Shown one piece after another: positions 42,961-52,425 of a stretch of 64,000 bases of DNA. Position 1 is the first letter of the stretch. Each line of letters begins with the position of its first letter. Under the pieces are notes generated by a model. The model did not search any database. It had not been told where the DNA came from and saw only the letters and a program-made list of their open reading frames with translations. Source of the stretch: an uncultured Spirochaetota bacterium (GTDB lineage Bacteria; Spirochaetota; UBA4802; UBA5550); NCBI GenBank assembly GCA_963827275.1, contig CAWHAA010000002.1:256001-320000 (forward strand), written 5' to 3'. The position numbers and the translations under genes are program-made.

Positions 42961-43971
42961 TCACACCGCCGCCTGGCAGGAACTGCCGCTGCCCGCCAGC
43001 TCCTGCAGCTTGCGGACGACGGCCCCGGAAGCGATATGCTCTTTCACCGCGAGGTAGCCGTCGCGCATCCCGCACCGCTCCATGGTGCGGAGCGCCAGGG
43101 CCGCGTTCAGCGCGAAGAGGTCGGCGACGCGTCCGTCCGCTCCGGAGATCCCCTCCAGGAAGAGCTTCTTGGCCTCGCCGCGGTCCTTCACCACCGGCAT
43201 CGGGAAAGGCTCGAAGAAATCGGACGGGTCGATGCTGAAATTACGACTGTTCCCGTCGCCGATATAAATGCACTCGGTCGTGTCCTTCGAGGAGACCTCG
43301 TCGTAGCCGTCCTTCGACGCATACAGCGTGATATTTTTCCTGCCGATTTTCCGCACCACCTGCGCGAGGAATTCCAGCCGGTCTTTCCGGTTGATGCCGA
43401 TGACCTGGTACTCGGGGTCCGCCGGGTTGATGAGGGGGCCCACGAAGTTGAAGATGGTGGGAACCCTGAGCTCCCGCCGCACCCTGCCGATTCCCTTCAG
43501 CGCCGGGTGATAGCTGGGCGCGAGCATGAAGACGTAGCCGTGTTTCGTGAAAAATTCCTCCGGTGATGATCCCCCGTAGTTCAGGTCCATCCCGAGGTCG
43601 GCGAGGATGTCGGCGGACCCGACCACGCCGCTCTGGGCGGTGTTCCCGTGCTTGACCACGCGGCAGCCGAGCGATGAAAGGATGATGCTCACCGCGGTCG
43701 AGACGTTGACCGTTGATTTTCCGTCGCCGCCGGTGCCGCAGGTATCGATGGTGCCGGTTGAGGCGGACGGGAACACGCGTTTGTGTGCGTCCAGCGTCAG
43801 GGCCAGGGCGGCGACCTCGTCCACGGTCTCGCGGCGTATCTTGATGGCGATGAGCGACGAGGCGATCTGGGAATCGGGCATCCCCCCGCCGACCATCCCC
43901 TCGAAAAAACGGAGCCCTTCGTCGAAGCTGAGCCGCTCCCCTGAGTTGACTTTTTTTACCAGTGTGTCCAT
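42961..43971 (-). CDS. trpD: Anthranilate phosphoribosyltransferase
   Basis: DTCGTGGDG, NVST, VKHGN, GSADIL, GPLINP, DGYDE. Confidence 0.95.
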   Translation of the reverse strand: MDTLVKKVNSGERLSFDEGLRFFEGMVGGGMPDSQIASSLIAIKIRRETVDEVAALALTLDAHKRVFPSASTGTIDTCGTGGDGKSTVNVSTAVSIILSSLGCRVVKHGNTAQSGVVGSADILADLGMDLNYGGSSPEEFFTKHGYVFMLAPSYHPALKGIGRVRRELRVPTIFNFVGPLINPADPEYQVIGINRKDRLEFLAQVVRKIGRKNITLYASKDGYDEVSSKDTTECIYIGDGNSRNFSIDPSDFFEPFPMPVVKDRGEAKKLFLEGISGADGRVADLFALNAALALRTMERCGMRDGYLAVKEHIASGAVVRKLQELAGSGSSCQAAV

Positions 43972-43973
43972 GG

Positions 43974-44561
43974 TTATGCCCCCTGCCGGTATTCCGCCGG
44001 CCGGGCGCACCCGGCGGCGTACTCGAGAAAATTGCGGACGATCTGCCCGCCGTACTCGCTCAAGATCGATTCGGGGTGGAACTGCACACCGAAGAACATC
44101 CGTTCCGGGTCCTCTATCGACATCACCGTGCCGTCGTCCTCCGACCGCGCGGTGACAAAGCGCCCGTCGATGTCGACCGCCAGCGAATGGTAGCGCACCG
44201 CGGAGAAGCGGTCCGGCATGCCGGCGAACAGGACCGATTGCTTCGTCACCGCGATCCGGTCGAGCTTGCCGTGCTTCACGGTGCGCGCGCCGACGATCCC
44301 GTAGCCGAGTGAATAGGCCAGGGACTGCATTCCCAGGCACACGCCGAACATCGGCATGCGGCCAAGGTAATCAGCGATGTAGCGCAGGGTGGTGCCGGCG
44401 TTTTTGGGCGAGGACGGGCCGGGGGAAAGGATCAGGCCCTCGTAACGGTCCGCCGGGACAAACACATTGTTTTTTATGACCGCGACCTCCGCCCCGTTCT
44501 GATTGAAGAGGGCGAGCAGGTTATAGGTGAAGGAATCGTAGTTATCGATCAGTAAATACAT
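43974..44561 (-). CDS. trpG: Anthranilate synthase component II
   Basis: LIDNYDSFTYNL, SPGP, GVCLGMQ, RYHSL, QFHPES. Confidence 0.95.
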   Translation of the reverse strand: MYLLIDNYDSFTYNLLALFNQNGAEVAVIKNNVFVPADRYEGLILSPGPSSPKNAGTTLRYIADYLGRMPMFGVCLGMQSLAYSLGYGIVGARTVKHGKLDRIAVTKQSVLFAGMPDRFSAVRYHSLAVDIDGRFVTARSEDDGTVMSIEDPERMFFGVQFHPESILSEYGGQIVRNFLEYAAGCARPAEYRQGA

Positions 44562-46020
44562 TTTTTTTCTCCAGGGTGTGAATTTTTTTGATGGCCTGAA
44601 ACATGGCTCCCAGCTTGTTTCCCACCTCCCCGTATTCCTTTTCCGGGACGCTGTCGTACACGATGCCTGCGCCGGCGCGGACGATCACCCGGTCGCGCGT
44701 GACATACGCGCTCCGTATTATGATGCAGGTGTCGATGTCCTGACTGTATGAAAAATACCCGGCGCATCCCGCGTAAAATCCGCGCGGCGACTTTTCGTGC
44801 CGGTCGATCAGCTCCATGGCCCTGACCTTGGGCGCGCCGGACACGGTGCCGGCGGGAAAGGTGTTGCAGAAGAGCCGGAGGGGCGAGATGTCCTCGCGCA
44901 TGCGGCCGCGCACCTCGGAGACGATGTGAATGAGATGTGAGTAGACCTCCGGCTGGAACGAGCTCACCACCTCGACCGAATCGGGAGCGCACCCGGTGTA
45001 GAGGTCGTTGCGGGCCAGGTCGAGGAGCATGAGGTGCTCGGCGCGCTCCTTCTCGTCCGAAAGGAGGCCGGCGGTTATCGTCTCGACGGGCCTGCCGTCA
45101 AGCCGGTACGTGCCCGCGATCGGCTTCAGGGTTGCGACCCGGTCCTCGATCTTCAGGTGAATCTCGGGTGAGGTGCCGCACAGTACGTCATCGCCTGACT
45201 TGATGTAGAACATGTAGGGAGACGGATTGATGTTGCGGAGAAGGCGGTACAGGCTGATGGGGTTCACCGCGCAGGCGATCTCGTACCTGTTGGAGAGGAC
45301 CGCCTGGATGCATTCCCCGGCGATGATCTCGTCCCTGAGGGTCTCCACCGCGCCGATGAACGATTCACGGTCGAATTCCTGCGTCTGTTCCACGTCGCCG
45401 CCGGGCAGAAAGAATTTCGTGCGGCTGTAGAGTATCTCCGCGGCCATCGCCATCGTGCGGTCTTCGGCGGCGCGGTAGGCGGCATCCGGATCGGGGCCGG
45501 CGGGGGCCGAACAGGCGGCGTAGAGCCTGCCCATGCGGTTATCAAATACGTAGAATTCATCGACCTGGAAAAAGAGCATGGACGGGTAGGCGGTATCTTC
45601 CCGCACCGGCTCCCTGAGGACCCCCATGTAATTTACCATGTCATACCCGATGTAGCCGACATAGCCGCCGCAGAAATTTCCCATGTCCGCGTTCTTGTTC
45701 GACCGCTCTCCCTCCAGCTCCCGGGCGAGGTAATCGAGCGGGTTCGCGTCGATACGCTCGACGCCCCGCTCCCGGGACTCGACGGTCAGGATCCCGGCGC
45801 GGAACGTGATGGTCCTCCGGGGCCGGATTCCGAAAAAGGTATAGCGGGAAAAGCTTTTGTCCAGGTTCGCGCTCTCCAGGAGAAAAAGGCGGTCGGCGTC
45901 GGAAAAATTATTCAGCAGGCTGATCGGCGTCACGCAGTCCCCCGCGATCTCCCGGTACACCACCACGCGGCTGAAATCCCGCGAAAGCTCCCTGAATTCA
46001 TCTAATGTAGGATATATCAT
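44542..46020 (-). CDS. trpE: Anthranilate synthase component I
   Basis: LLES, NPSPYM, SPE, PIAGT, KERAEHLMLLDLARND, PAGTVSGAPKVRAM. Confidence 0.95.
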   Translation of the reverse strand: MIYPTLDEFRELSRDFSRVVVYREIAGDCVTPISLLNNFSDADRLFLLESANLDKSFSRYTFFGIRPRRTITFRAGILTVESRERGVERIDANPLDYLARELEGERSNKNADMGNFCGGYVGYIGYDMVNYMGVLREPVREDTAYPSMLFFQVDEFYVFDNRMGRLYAACSAPAGPDPDAAYRAAEDRTMAMAAEILYSRTKFFLPGGDVEQTQEFDRESFIGAVETLRDEIIAGECIQAVLSNRYEIACAVNPISLYRLLRNINPSPYMFYIKSGDDVLCGTSPEIHLKIEDRVATLKPIAGTYRLDGRPVETITAGLLSDEKERAEHLMLLDLARNDLYTGCAPDSVEVVSSFQPEVYSHLIHIVSEVRGRMREDISPLRLFCNTFPAGTVSGAPKVRAMELIDRHEKSPRGFYAGCAGYFSYSQDIDTCIIIRSAYVTRDRVIVRAGAGIVYDSVPEKEYGEVGNKLGAMFQAIKKIHTLEKKNVFTDR

Positions 46021-46075
46021 CACCCGTTCCTCTCCGTCACGCGGTTTGTGCCGCGTCTGTTGTTTCCGGCCTGCG

Positions 46076-46114
46076 GACAAAAAAAGTGCGGCCGGCCGCC
46101 GCACTTTTTTTGTC
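46076..46114 (-). terminator. trp attenuator terminator hairpin
   Basis: On the minus strand GACAAAAAAAGTGCGGC-ggccg-GCCGCACTTTTTTTGTC, lying between the leader ORF and trpE. Confidence 0.85.
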
Positions 46115-46136
46115 GCACACATGACGTCCCGCCTGT

Positions 46137-46211
46137 CTATTGAAAGGTGTCTCCCCGCCACCACCAGGGCGCGGCAATCGTTATAGAGGCGTGTTTCATC
46201 ATTTCATCCAT
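46137..46211 (-). CDS. trpL: trp operon leader peptide
   Basis: (MDE)MMKHASITIAAPWWWRGDTFQ*, with three tandem TGG codons at 46158-46166, directly before the terminator. Confidence 0.85.
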   Translation of the reverse strand: MDEMMKHASITIAAPWWWRGDTFQ

Positions 46212-46224
46212 CGTTATTTTACAA

Positions 46225-46282
46225 TATGTTTCTTTAAATAGAAACATAGTTACTATGTATAGAAACATCGTAATAACGTCAA
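46225..46282 (-). promoter_or_regulatory. trp promoter with tandem palindromic operator
   Basis: Minus-strand TTGACG-N17-TACATA. Boxes TATGTTTCT-N6-AGAAACATA (46225-46248) and GTTACT-N6-AGAAAC (46249-46266). Confidence 0.6.
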
Positions 46283-46480
46283 TAAAAAATTTAAAAAATT
46301 TTATTTTTTATTCTTTTTTTCGCAGGCGGTGCCTGCATGGTAGGGGCAGGAAGCGCAGGCATCGGGGGTGCAACCGCCGTCAGGACCGCGCCTGCGGAAA
46401 AAACGGTAGAGCTTTACCGCGGCGGCCGCGGCGGCAAGGAGGACCAGCAGTATGACGATTACGGTCTGAACCATGTTCAC

Positions 46481-49006
46481 CTACATTAAAAGCGAGCCTG
46501 CCTGGTGGATGATGAAGGCGGCGATCCACGCGAGGCCGATTGAAAATACGGCGGATAACGCAGGCCATTTCCAGCTCCCCGACTCCCGCCGCATGGTGGC
46601 CAGGGTCGCCATGCAGGGCACATACAGCAGCACGAAGACCATGTAGCCGAGCGCTGCAAGGGGACCGAAGACCCTCTGGCCGGCCCGCGGGCCTGATTCG
46701 TAGCGCTGTTCCCTGATCGTGGTCGCAAGAGAATGGCGGCCGTCGCGGCCGTCGCCGTGATAGAGAATGCCCAGGGTGCTTACCGCGATCTCCTTCGCGG
46801 CCAGGCCGGCGATAAGGCTCACGCCCATCTTCCAGTCAAAGCCGAGCGGGGCCATCACCGGCTCGGCCATCTTACCGATTGCGCCGATGAAGGAGCGCTC
46901 CAGGCGCTGTTTTTCCGCGTCATGCGCGGCTGCCGCCGCGGCATTGTCCGCGGCGCCGCGCGCTACCGCGTCGGACGCCGGTTGGTAGCGTTCCTCCGCC
47001 GCCTCCACCATCGCGTCGAAATTATTAATAATATGCAGGTCGGCCGGGAAGCGGCTGAGCGCCCAGATCAGCACCGCGGCGATCAGGACGATGCCCCCTA
47101 TCTTCCTTAAATATTCCATGCCGCGCTCCCACATGTGGCGGAGAGTGTTCCTGATGCGGGGCGCGCGGTAGGGCGGGAGCTCCATGACGAAGGGGACCTC
47201 CGCCCTGCGGAACAGGGTCTTCTTCATCACCATGGCGACGGAGACCGCGACGGCGATACCGGTCAGGTAGAGCGCGAAGAGCACGGTGGCCGCGTGCGCG
47301 GGGAAGAAGGCGCCGATGAAAAGCAGGTAGATCGGCAGCCGCGCGCTGCATGACATGAAGGGGATGATCAGCATGGTAAGTATGCGGTCCTTTCTGCTCT
47401 CCAGGGTGCGGGTGGCCATGATCGCCGGGACGTTGCACCCGAACCCCATGAGCAGCGGGATGAACGACTTCCCGTGCAGGCCGATGGCGTGCATCAGGCG
47501 GTCCATGATGAAGGCGGCGCGGGCCATGTAGCCGGTGTCTTCCATGAGCGATATCATGAAAAAGAGGATCAGGATGCTCGGGACGAAGACAATAACGCCG
47601 CCGACGCCGGCGATGATCCCGTCGACGAGGAGCTCCCGCAACAGGCCCGGCTGCAGCGATGAGGCGACAAAGGCGGAGAGGTGGCCGACGCCCGCCTCGA
47701 TCCAGTTCATGGGGTGCTGTCCCACTGCGAAGGTAAGCTGGAAGGTGGCCCACATGAACAGGAAGAAGATCGGCAGCCCGAACACCTGGTGCGTCAGAAA
47801 GCGGTCGATTTTTTCGCTGGGCGTGACCGCCGGCCGCGCCGCGGGGCGGTAGGTCTCCCTGAGGGCGCCGGCGATAAACCCGTACCGCGCGTCGGCGAGA
47901 AGGGTCGCGGTGTCCTCTTTCAGCGCCGATTCAAGCTCGCCGATATGCTTCCGCGCCAGGCTGACCGCGTCGCACCCGGCCGGCCCGGAGGCGGCGAAAT
48001 GGTCCTCCATTGCCGAGTCTTTTTCCAGGAGCTTGACCGCTGCATAGCGAGGGGTGACCGCGCTGCCCCGCGCCTCGGACACCGCCGCGCTATTCTGTAC
48101 CGCGGCGATCGCCTTTTCCACGTCCGCGCCGTAGTTGATGTTAATGGCGCGCGTGACCTCGTTCCGGTCCTGGTGCACCGCGATGATCGCGTCGAACAGC
48201 CCGTCAAAGCCGACGCCGGCGTGGCCTATCGTGGGGATGAAGGGTATGCCGAGGAGTTTCCCGAGGGTCTCATGGTCGAGATAATCCCGCTTCTTTTCAA
48301 GCTCGTCGTACATGTTAAGGGCCACGACAACTTTCAGGCCCATCTCTATCAGCTGCGCGGTCAGGTAAAGGTTCCTCTCGAGGTTCGCCGCGTCGATGAT
48401 GTTTACGATAACGTCGGGCCTGTCCTCGATGATATGCTTTCTGACAAAAAGCTCCTCAGGCGAATACGCGGTCATCGAGTAGGTGCCGGGGAGGTCGGTG
48501 ACATGGAAGGTGTGCCCGCTGCGGATGAAGCGCGCCTCCTTCGCCTCGATGGTGACCCCGCCGTAGTTCCCGACCCGCTCCTGCGAGCCGGAGAGCTGGT
48601 TGAAGATGCTCGTCTTCCCGCTGTTCGGGTTGCCCACCAGCGCCACCCGTATGGCTCCGGGACGGGTGTTCGTGTCCTGCCTGCCCTTCCCGCCGCGGTA
48701 GCGGCCGCCGGGACGCTCCCGCATCCGCCGCGGACCGCCGGTGGCGTCCCCTGTGGAATCATCGGCGCAGACCGGCGCGCGCTCCAGGACATCGACATCG
48801 ATCAGCGCGGCTTCCTTTCTCCTGAGGGAGATGTTGTAATCGAGTATCTTGTATTCAATCGGGTCACGCATCGGGGCGTTTTTTATCACCGTGACCGTCT
48901 TGCCCTTTACAAATCCCATTTCGGTGATGCGCTTGCGAAAGGGCCCGCTGCCCCTGACGCGCCTGATAACGCCTTTCTGACCGTTTTTTAATTCAGCAAG
49001 ATTCAT
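46481..49006 (-). CDS. feoB: Ferrous iron transporter, FeoA-FeoB fusion
   Basis: N-terminal FeoA (RITEMG..G..V...APMRDP....SLRRKEA), G1 GNPNSGKTS, DLPGTYS, LNMYD, GFGCNVPA, MSCSARLP. Confidence 0.95.
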   Translation of the reverse strand: MNLAELKNGQKGVIRRVRGSGPFRKRITEMGFVKGKTVTVIKNAPMRDPIEYKILDYNISLRRKEAALIDVDVLERAPVCADDSTGDATGGPRRMRERPGGRYRGGKGRQDTNTRPGAIRVALVGNPNSGKTSIFNQLSGSQERVGNYGGVTIEAKEARFIRSGHTFHVTDLPGTYSMTAYSPEELFVRKHIIEDRPDVIVNIIDAANLERNLYLTAQLIEMGLKVVVALNMYDELEKKRDYLDHETLGKLLGIPFIPTIGHAGVGFDGLFDAIIAVHQDRNEVTRAININYGADVEKAIAAVQNSAAVSEARGSAVTPRYAAVKLLEKDSAMEDHFAASGPAGCDAVSLARKHIGELESALKEDTATLLADARYGFIAGALRETYRPAARPAVTPSEKIDRFLTHQVFGLPIFFLFMWATFQLTFAVGQHPMNWIEAGVGHLSAFVASSLQPGLLRELLVDGIIAGVGGVIVFVPSILILFFMISLMEDTGYMARAAFIMDRLMHAIGLHGKSFIPLLMGFGCNVPAIMATRTLESRKDRILTMLIIPFMSCSARLPIYLLFIGAFFPAHAATVLFALYLTGIAVAVSVAMVMKKTLFRRAEVPFVMELPPYRAPRIRNTLRHMWERGMEYLRKIGGIVLIAAVLIWALSRFPADLHIINNFDAMVEAAEERYQPASDAVARGAADNAAAAAAHDAEKQRLERSFIGAIGKMAEPVMAPLGFDWKMGVSLIAGLAAKEIAVSTLGILYHGDGRDGRHSLATTIREQRYESGPRAGQRVFGPLAALGYMVFVLLYVPCMATLATMRRESGSWKWPALSAVFSIGLAWIAAFIIHQAGSLLM

Positions 49007-49054
49007 TATTTTTTCATAACTGCATACATTAATATTAGAAAAAAATACAACAAA

Positions 49055-49100
49055 AATAAGTTAGATGCAACTAATTTATTTAGAATAATCTAAATAAATT
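49055..49100. promoter_or_regulatory. Tandem DtxR/MntR-type metal-repressor boxes upstream of feoAB
   Basis: AATAAGTTAG-atgcaa-CTAATTTATT and AATTTATTTAG-aataat-CTAAATAAATT; both are TTAG-N6-CTAA. Confidence 0.65.
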
Positions 49101-49219
49101 TTTCAGACTGCACGAGAGCTTCCCGAAACACCATCGAAAAGGCCCCCGGGTAATTATTATGTCACAGAAGGGGCGGTTCGGTCGATAATAGTATCAATAA
49201 CATTTCCATCGATGGCGGA

Positions 49220-50773
49220 ATGGACAGTAACGGCATCACATACAGGATAGAAAAATCACGGGGCGGGGCTGACACCCTCATTGTCACGGCAGGGGGGAGG
49301 GACGTGCCGCTCCACAGCAGGGTGGACCCGGAACGCGAGTCCGGGGCCTTCAGGGACCGGCTTGACCCCGGGCGCTATGACCTCGTCATCGCCCTGGGGG
49401 TGGGGCTCGGCTATCACCTGCTCCCGGCCAGGGAGCGCCTGGACGAATATTACCACCTGGTCCTCGTGGACGCGCTGCCGGGGCTTGAAGGCCCCCTGCG
49501 GCAGAACCCCCTGACATCATTCCTGCTTGGATCGCCGCGGGTCACCCTGCTTTCGGGAAGGCCCGCGGGCGACGTAGCGGCGTTCCTGTCAGGGATCATC
49601 GACCTGGACCTGGTGCGCGGCATTTCCGTGATAGAACACCCGGCGTCCCTGCGCCTCTTCGGGGACTATTACGCGGGCATAAAAAAATCGATCGACGACA
49701 TGGTCACCGTCAGGGCGGGTAACAGGGCCACGCGGCAGGCGTTCGGGCCGCTGTTTATGAGGAACATCCTGAAAAATTTTGAACGGCTCGGTGAGGCCCT
49801 GCCCGTGCGGGACCTCTTCGGCGCGTTCGCAGGTTTCCCCGCGGTGATTGCCGGTTCCGGGCCCTCGCTCGGCGGCGATATCGGGGCCCTCGCGCGGCAC
49901 CAGGACAGGATGTTCATCGTGGCCGCCGATTCGGCGCTCCCCGTCCTGCGCGGGAGCGGCATCGCGCCGGACATCGTCGTCACCATCGACCCCCAGCCGT
50001 ACGTGCGCGAGCACTTCATGGCGGCTGACGCGGGCGACGCGATCCGCGTGTTTTCGATAACCTCCCACCCCTCGGTCATGGCACCCGGGGCAGGATACCT
50101 CTCGCTGAACTCGCACCCGTTCGCGCAGCTTGCCGATGAGGCCTACGGCGGCTCGATCGGCTCGATAGACTCGGCGACCGGGAACGTGGCGGGCGACGCG
50201 CTCGATCTCTGCCTGAAATGCGGCTTTTCCGCCGTCGGCATCACGGGGTTCGATTTTTCGTTCCCGGATTTCGAGATTTACGCCAGGGGCACGGCCTACC
50301 AGAGGCGGTACGGGACCTATTTCCAGGACAGGCTCGATACCGTCGAGGGGTGGAACGCGCGCTATATCCGCAAGAACAGCGGCGGGCTTCGCCAGGCGGG
50401 GAGGTTCACCAGGAGGTCCTTCCTCCATTACCGGCAGGCGCTCGAGGACTATGTCAGGAAGAGCGGCGTGCAAAACCTCCATTCCCTCAACGACCGGGGC
50501 CTCCCGGTCCCCGGCGTCCGGGTGACGGGCGTTGACAAATTCATGGATGCGTTCTGCGCTGACGCCATCGAAAAAAAGGGGATGATGGGGCCGGTGCGTT
50601 CGCGCGGGCGGAAGATAGGGTCCGGTCCGATCAGGGAGGCCCTCCGCATGGCCGCAGGCGGCCCGCTCATGGATGAACTGCTGGCCGCGTCCCTCGGCGG
50701 CGCGGGGGCCCGGCAGATGAAGCGATACCGGGAGATGGCCGGGGTCCTGGCCCTTACGGCGGGCGGAAAATAA
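49220..50773 (+). CDS. Maf/DUF115 (MptE-like) motility-associated factor family protein
   Basis: LHSRVDPERE, GVGLGYHL, IAGSGPSL, AADSA, PDIVVTIDP, GNVA, GFDFSF. Confidence 0.82.
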   Translation: MDSNGITYRIEKSRGGADTLIVTAGGRDVPLHSRVDPERESGAFRDRLDPGRYDLVIALGVGLGYHLLPARERLDEYYHLVLVDALPGLEGPLRQNPLTSFLLGSPRVTLLSGRPAGDVAAFLSGIIDLDLVRGISVIEHPASLRLFGDYYAGIKKSIDDMVTVRAGNRATRQAFGPLFMRNILKNFERLGEALPVRDLFGAFAGFPAVIAGSGPSLGGDIGALARHQDRMFIVAADSALPVLRGSGIAPDIVVTIDPQPYVREHFMAADAGDAIRVFSITSHPSVMAPGAGYLSLNSHPFAQLADEAYGGSIGSIDSATGNVAGDALDLCLKCGFSAVGITGFDFSFPDFEIYARGTAYQRRYGTYFQDRLDTVEGWNARYIRKNSGGLRQAGRFTRRSFLHYRQALEDYVRKSGVQNLHSLNDRGLPVPGVRVTGVDKFMDAFCADAIEKKGMMGPVRSRGRKIGSGPIREALRMAAGGPLMDELLAASLGGAGARQMKRYREMAGVLALTAGGK

Positions 50774-50873
50774 TGGTTTCCTGCCTTAAATTTATTTAAT
50801 TGTAAAAAATCATTCGGCCGATCATGTAATTGTATATTCAGTATTGCGATAATTCTGAAAGGCAGGTCGTTGT

Positions 50874-51743
50874 ATGGAACAATTTGACATTCCCCACCAG
50901 AGGGTAAAGGAAAAAAACATGTATATGCTCAACCTTGACGCGCCGAGGATCGTTTTGATCGTGGCGGCCGTCATCGGCATCGTCGTTGTATCATTCCTTC
51001 TGGGCATGAATTTCATCAGGGGAGGCGAAGGCGCGAAGACCCTCCTGACAAAAAATGATATTTTCGACAGTCAGAAAGAGCTTGATCTGCTGAAGACCAC
51101 GATACCGCCCGCGCCCGACGAGGACGAGCTGTCAAAGCCCCTTGACGACAGCCTGGGCGCTCTCGAAAAAGAGGACCGCGGCGCCGTCATAAAGGGCGAC
51201 CCTGACACCGCCGGCGCGGAAAAGCACGCGCGGGATGACCTGGCAGCGATTGACGGGAACGAATCATCGAACACCCTGACGAGCGACAATGTCAGCCAGA
51301 CCGTGGCGGTGAGGAAGCCGGCGGTTAAAAAATCCTCACGGCCGGACGATGATGAAAAACAGCTGTCACGCTCCGATGACGTGGAGCCTTCATTAAAACA
51401 CGTCAGAAAAGCCACGGTCAGGGGCGATGTGAAAAAGAAAAAGAGCGGCAGGTCAAAGGTGGTCGCGGTTTCCGGGGACAGGATGGAATATTCGAAAGTG
51501 AACGGCTCCGGCGGGTACACGATACAGGTCGCGTCGCTGGACAACAAGAGCCGCGCCCAGACCGAAGTCCGCTCCCTGAGGGAGATGAGCTATGACGCGT
51601 ATCTCGACGACACGCAGGTGAACGGAAAGAGGTTTTACCGCGTGCGCATCGGGCCGGTCGCTTCCAGGAAAAAGGCGCTGGACCTCCTGAATGATTTCCA
51701 GGGAAAGGACCGGTACCGCGAAAGCTACATGGTGCGCGAATAG
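50874..51743 (+). CDS. SPOR domain cell-division protein
   Basis: N-terminal TM, low-complexity linker, C-terminal YTIQVASL...FYRVRIGP. Confidence 0.88.
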   Translation: MEQFDIPHQRVKEKNMYMLNLDAPRIVLIVAAVIGIVVVSFLLGMNFIRGGEGAKTLLTKNDIFDSQKELDLLKTTIPPAPDEDELSKPLDDSLGALEKEDRGAVIKGDPDTAGAEKHARDDLAAIDGNESSNTLTSDNVSQTVAVRKPAVKKSSRPDDDEKQLSRSDDVEPSLKHVRKATVRGDVKKKKSGRSKVVAVSGDRMEYSKVNGSGGYTIQVASLDNKSRAQTEVRSLREMSYDAYLDDTQVNGKRFYRVRIGPVASRKKALDLLNDFQGKDRYRESYMVRE

Positions 51744-51749
51744 CGCGTG

Positions 51750-51786
51750 ATAAAAAAAGCAGGCCTGGCAGCCTGCTTTTTTTTAT
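51750..51786. terminator. Bidirectional intrinsic terminator
   Basis: ATAAAAAAAGCAGGC-ctggca-GCCTGCTTTTTTTTAT between convergent genes. Confidence 0.85.
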
Positions 51787-51814
51787 GGGCCGCGCTCCCG
51801 CGCGATGGCCTGGT

Positions 51815-52219
51815 TCAGTAGATATTGTCCTTGATGAGCATCTCTTCCAGCTCGTCCCCCTTTGCGGCGATAAACGAGAGTGATTTCATGAAGCGGACGG
51901 GGTCGCAGTCTTTCAGCAAAATGCTGTCGCGCAGGATCAGCGTGTCGTTCAGCAGCGATATTGAGCCGTAATCGAGCGTGGTGTTGAGCTGGAGGCAGTA
52001 CTTGTACAGCTCGCACAGGTCCTGTTTGAGCTTGCCGATTATGGAATAGTAGTTTATCATCCGGTCCCCCGACTCGTCCTTGGTGAGGGTGATGAGGACT
52101 TCCTGCGAGCGGTTGTTGTCGAACTCGATGTGCGTCGTGTAGCTGCCCTGCGCGTCCTTGTGAAAGCGTATCTTGAATTCACTCGCGATGGCTGATATAA
52201 ACCCGTCGAAAACTTCCAT
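51815..52219 (-). CDS. YbjN/CesT-like chaperone-fold protein
   Basis: 134 aa, acidic; RSQEV, YSIIG, LQLNTTLDYGSI, IAAKGDELE. Confidence 0.65.
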   Translation of the reverse strand: MEVFDGFISAIASEFKIRFHKDAQGSYTTHIEFDNNRSQEVLITLTKDESGDRMINYYSIIGKLKQDLCELYKYCLQLNTTLDYGSISLLNDTLILRDSILLKDCDPVRFMKSLSFIAAKGDELEEMLIKDNIY

Positions 52220-52425
52220 TATAGGACCTCGTGCTCCCGCTGGTATCGATAGACCGCGGCGGCGCCGGCCGAAAGCCGGTATGACGCTGAATATCACCGC
52301 TCCCGCATCATCTACGGTAAGTATGGACGATAAACATATTAAGTCAAGAAATAAGTGTGAAAAATCCTTGAAAAATAATGATTCCCGCTGTTGAGTGTCT
52401 CTAATTTCTTGAAGGACCTCATCAT

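Noticed and set aside
46021..46300. T-box or TRAP control of the trp operon
   Set aside because: No T-box consensus or (G/U)AG repeat run; a leader-peptide attenuator explains the region.
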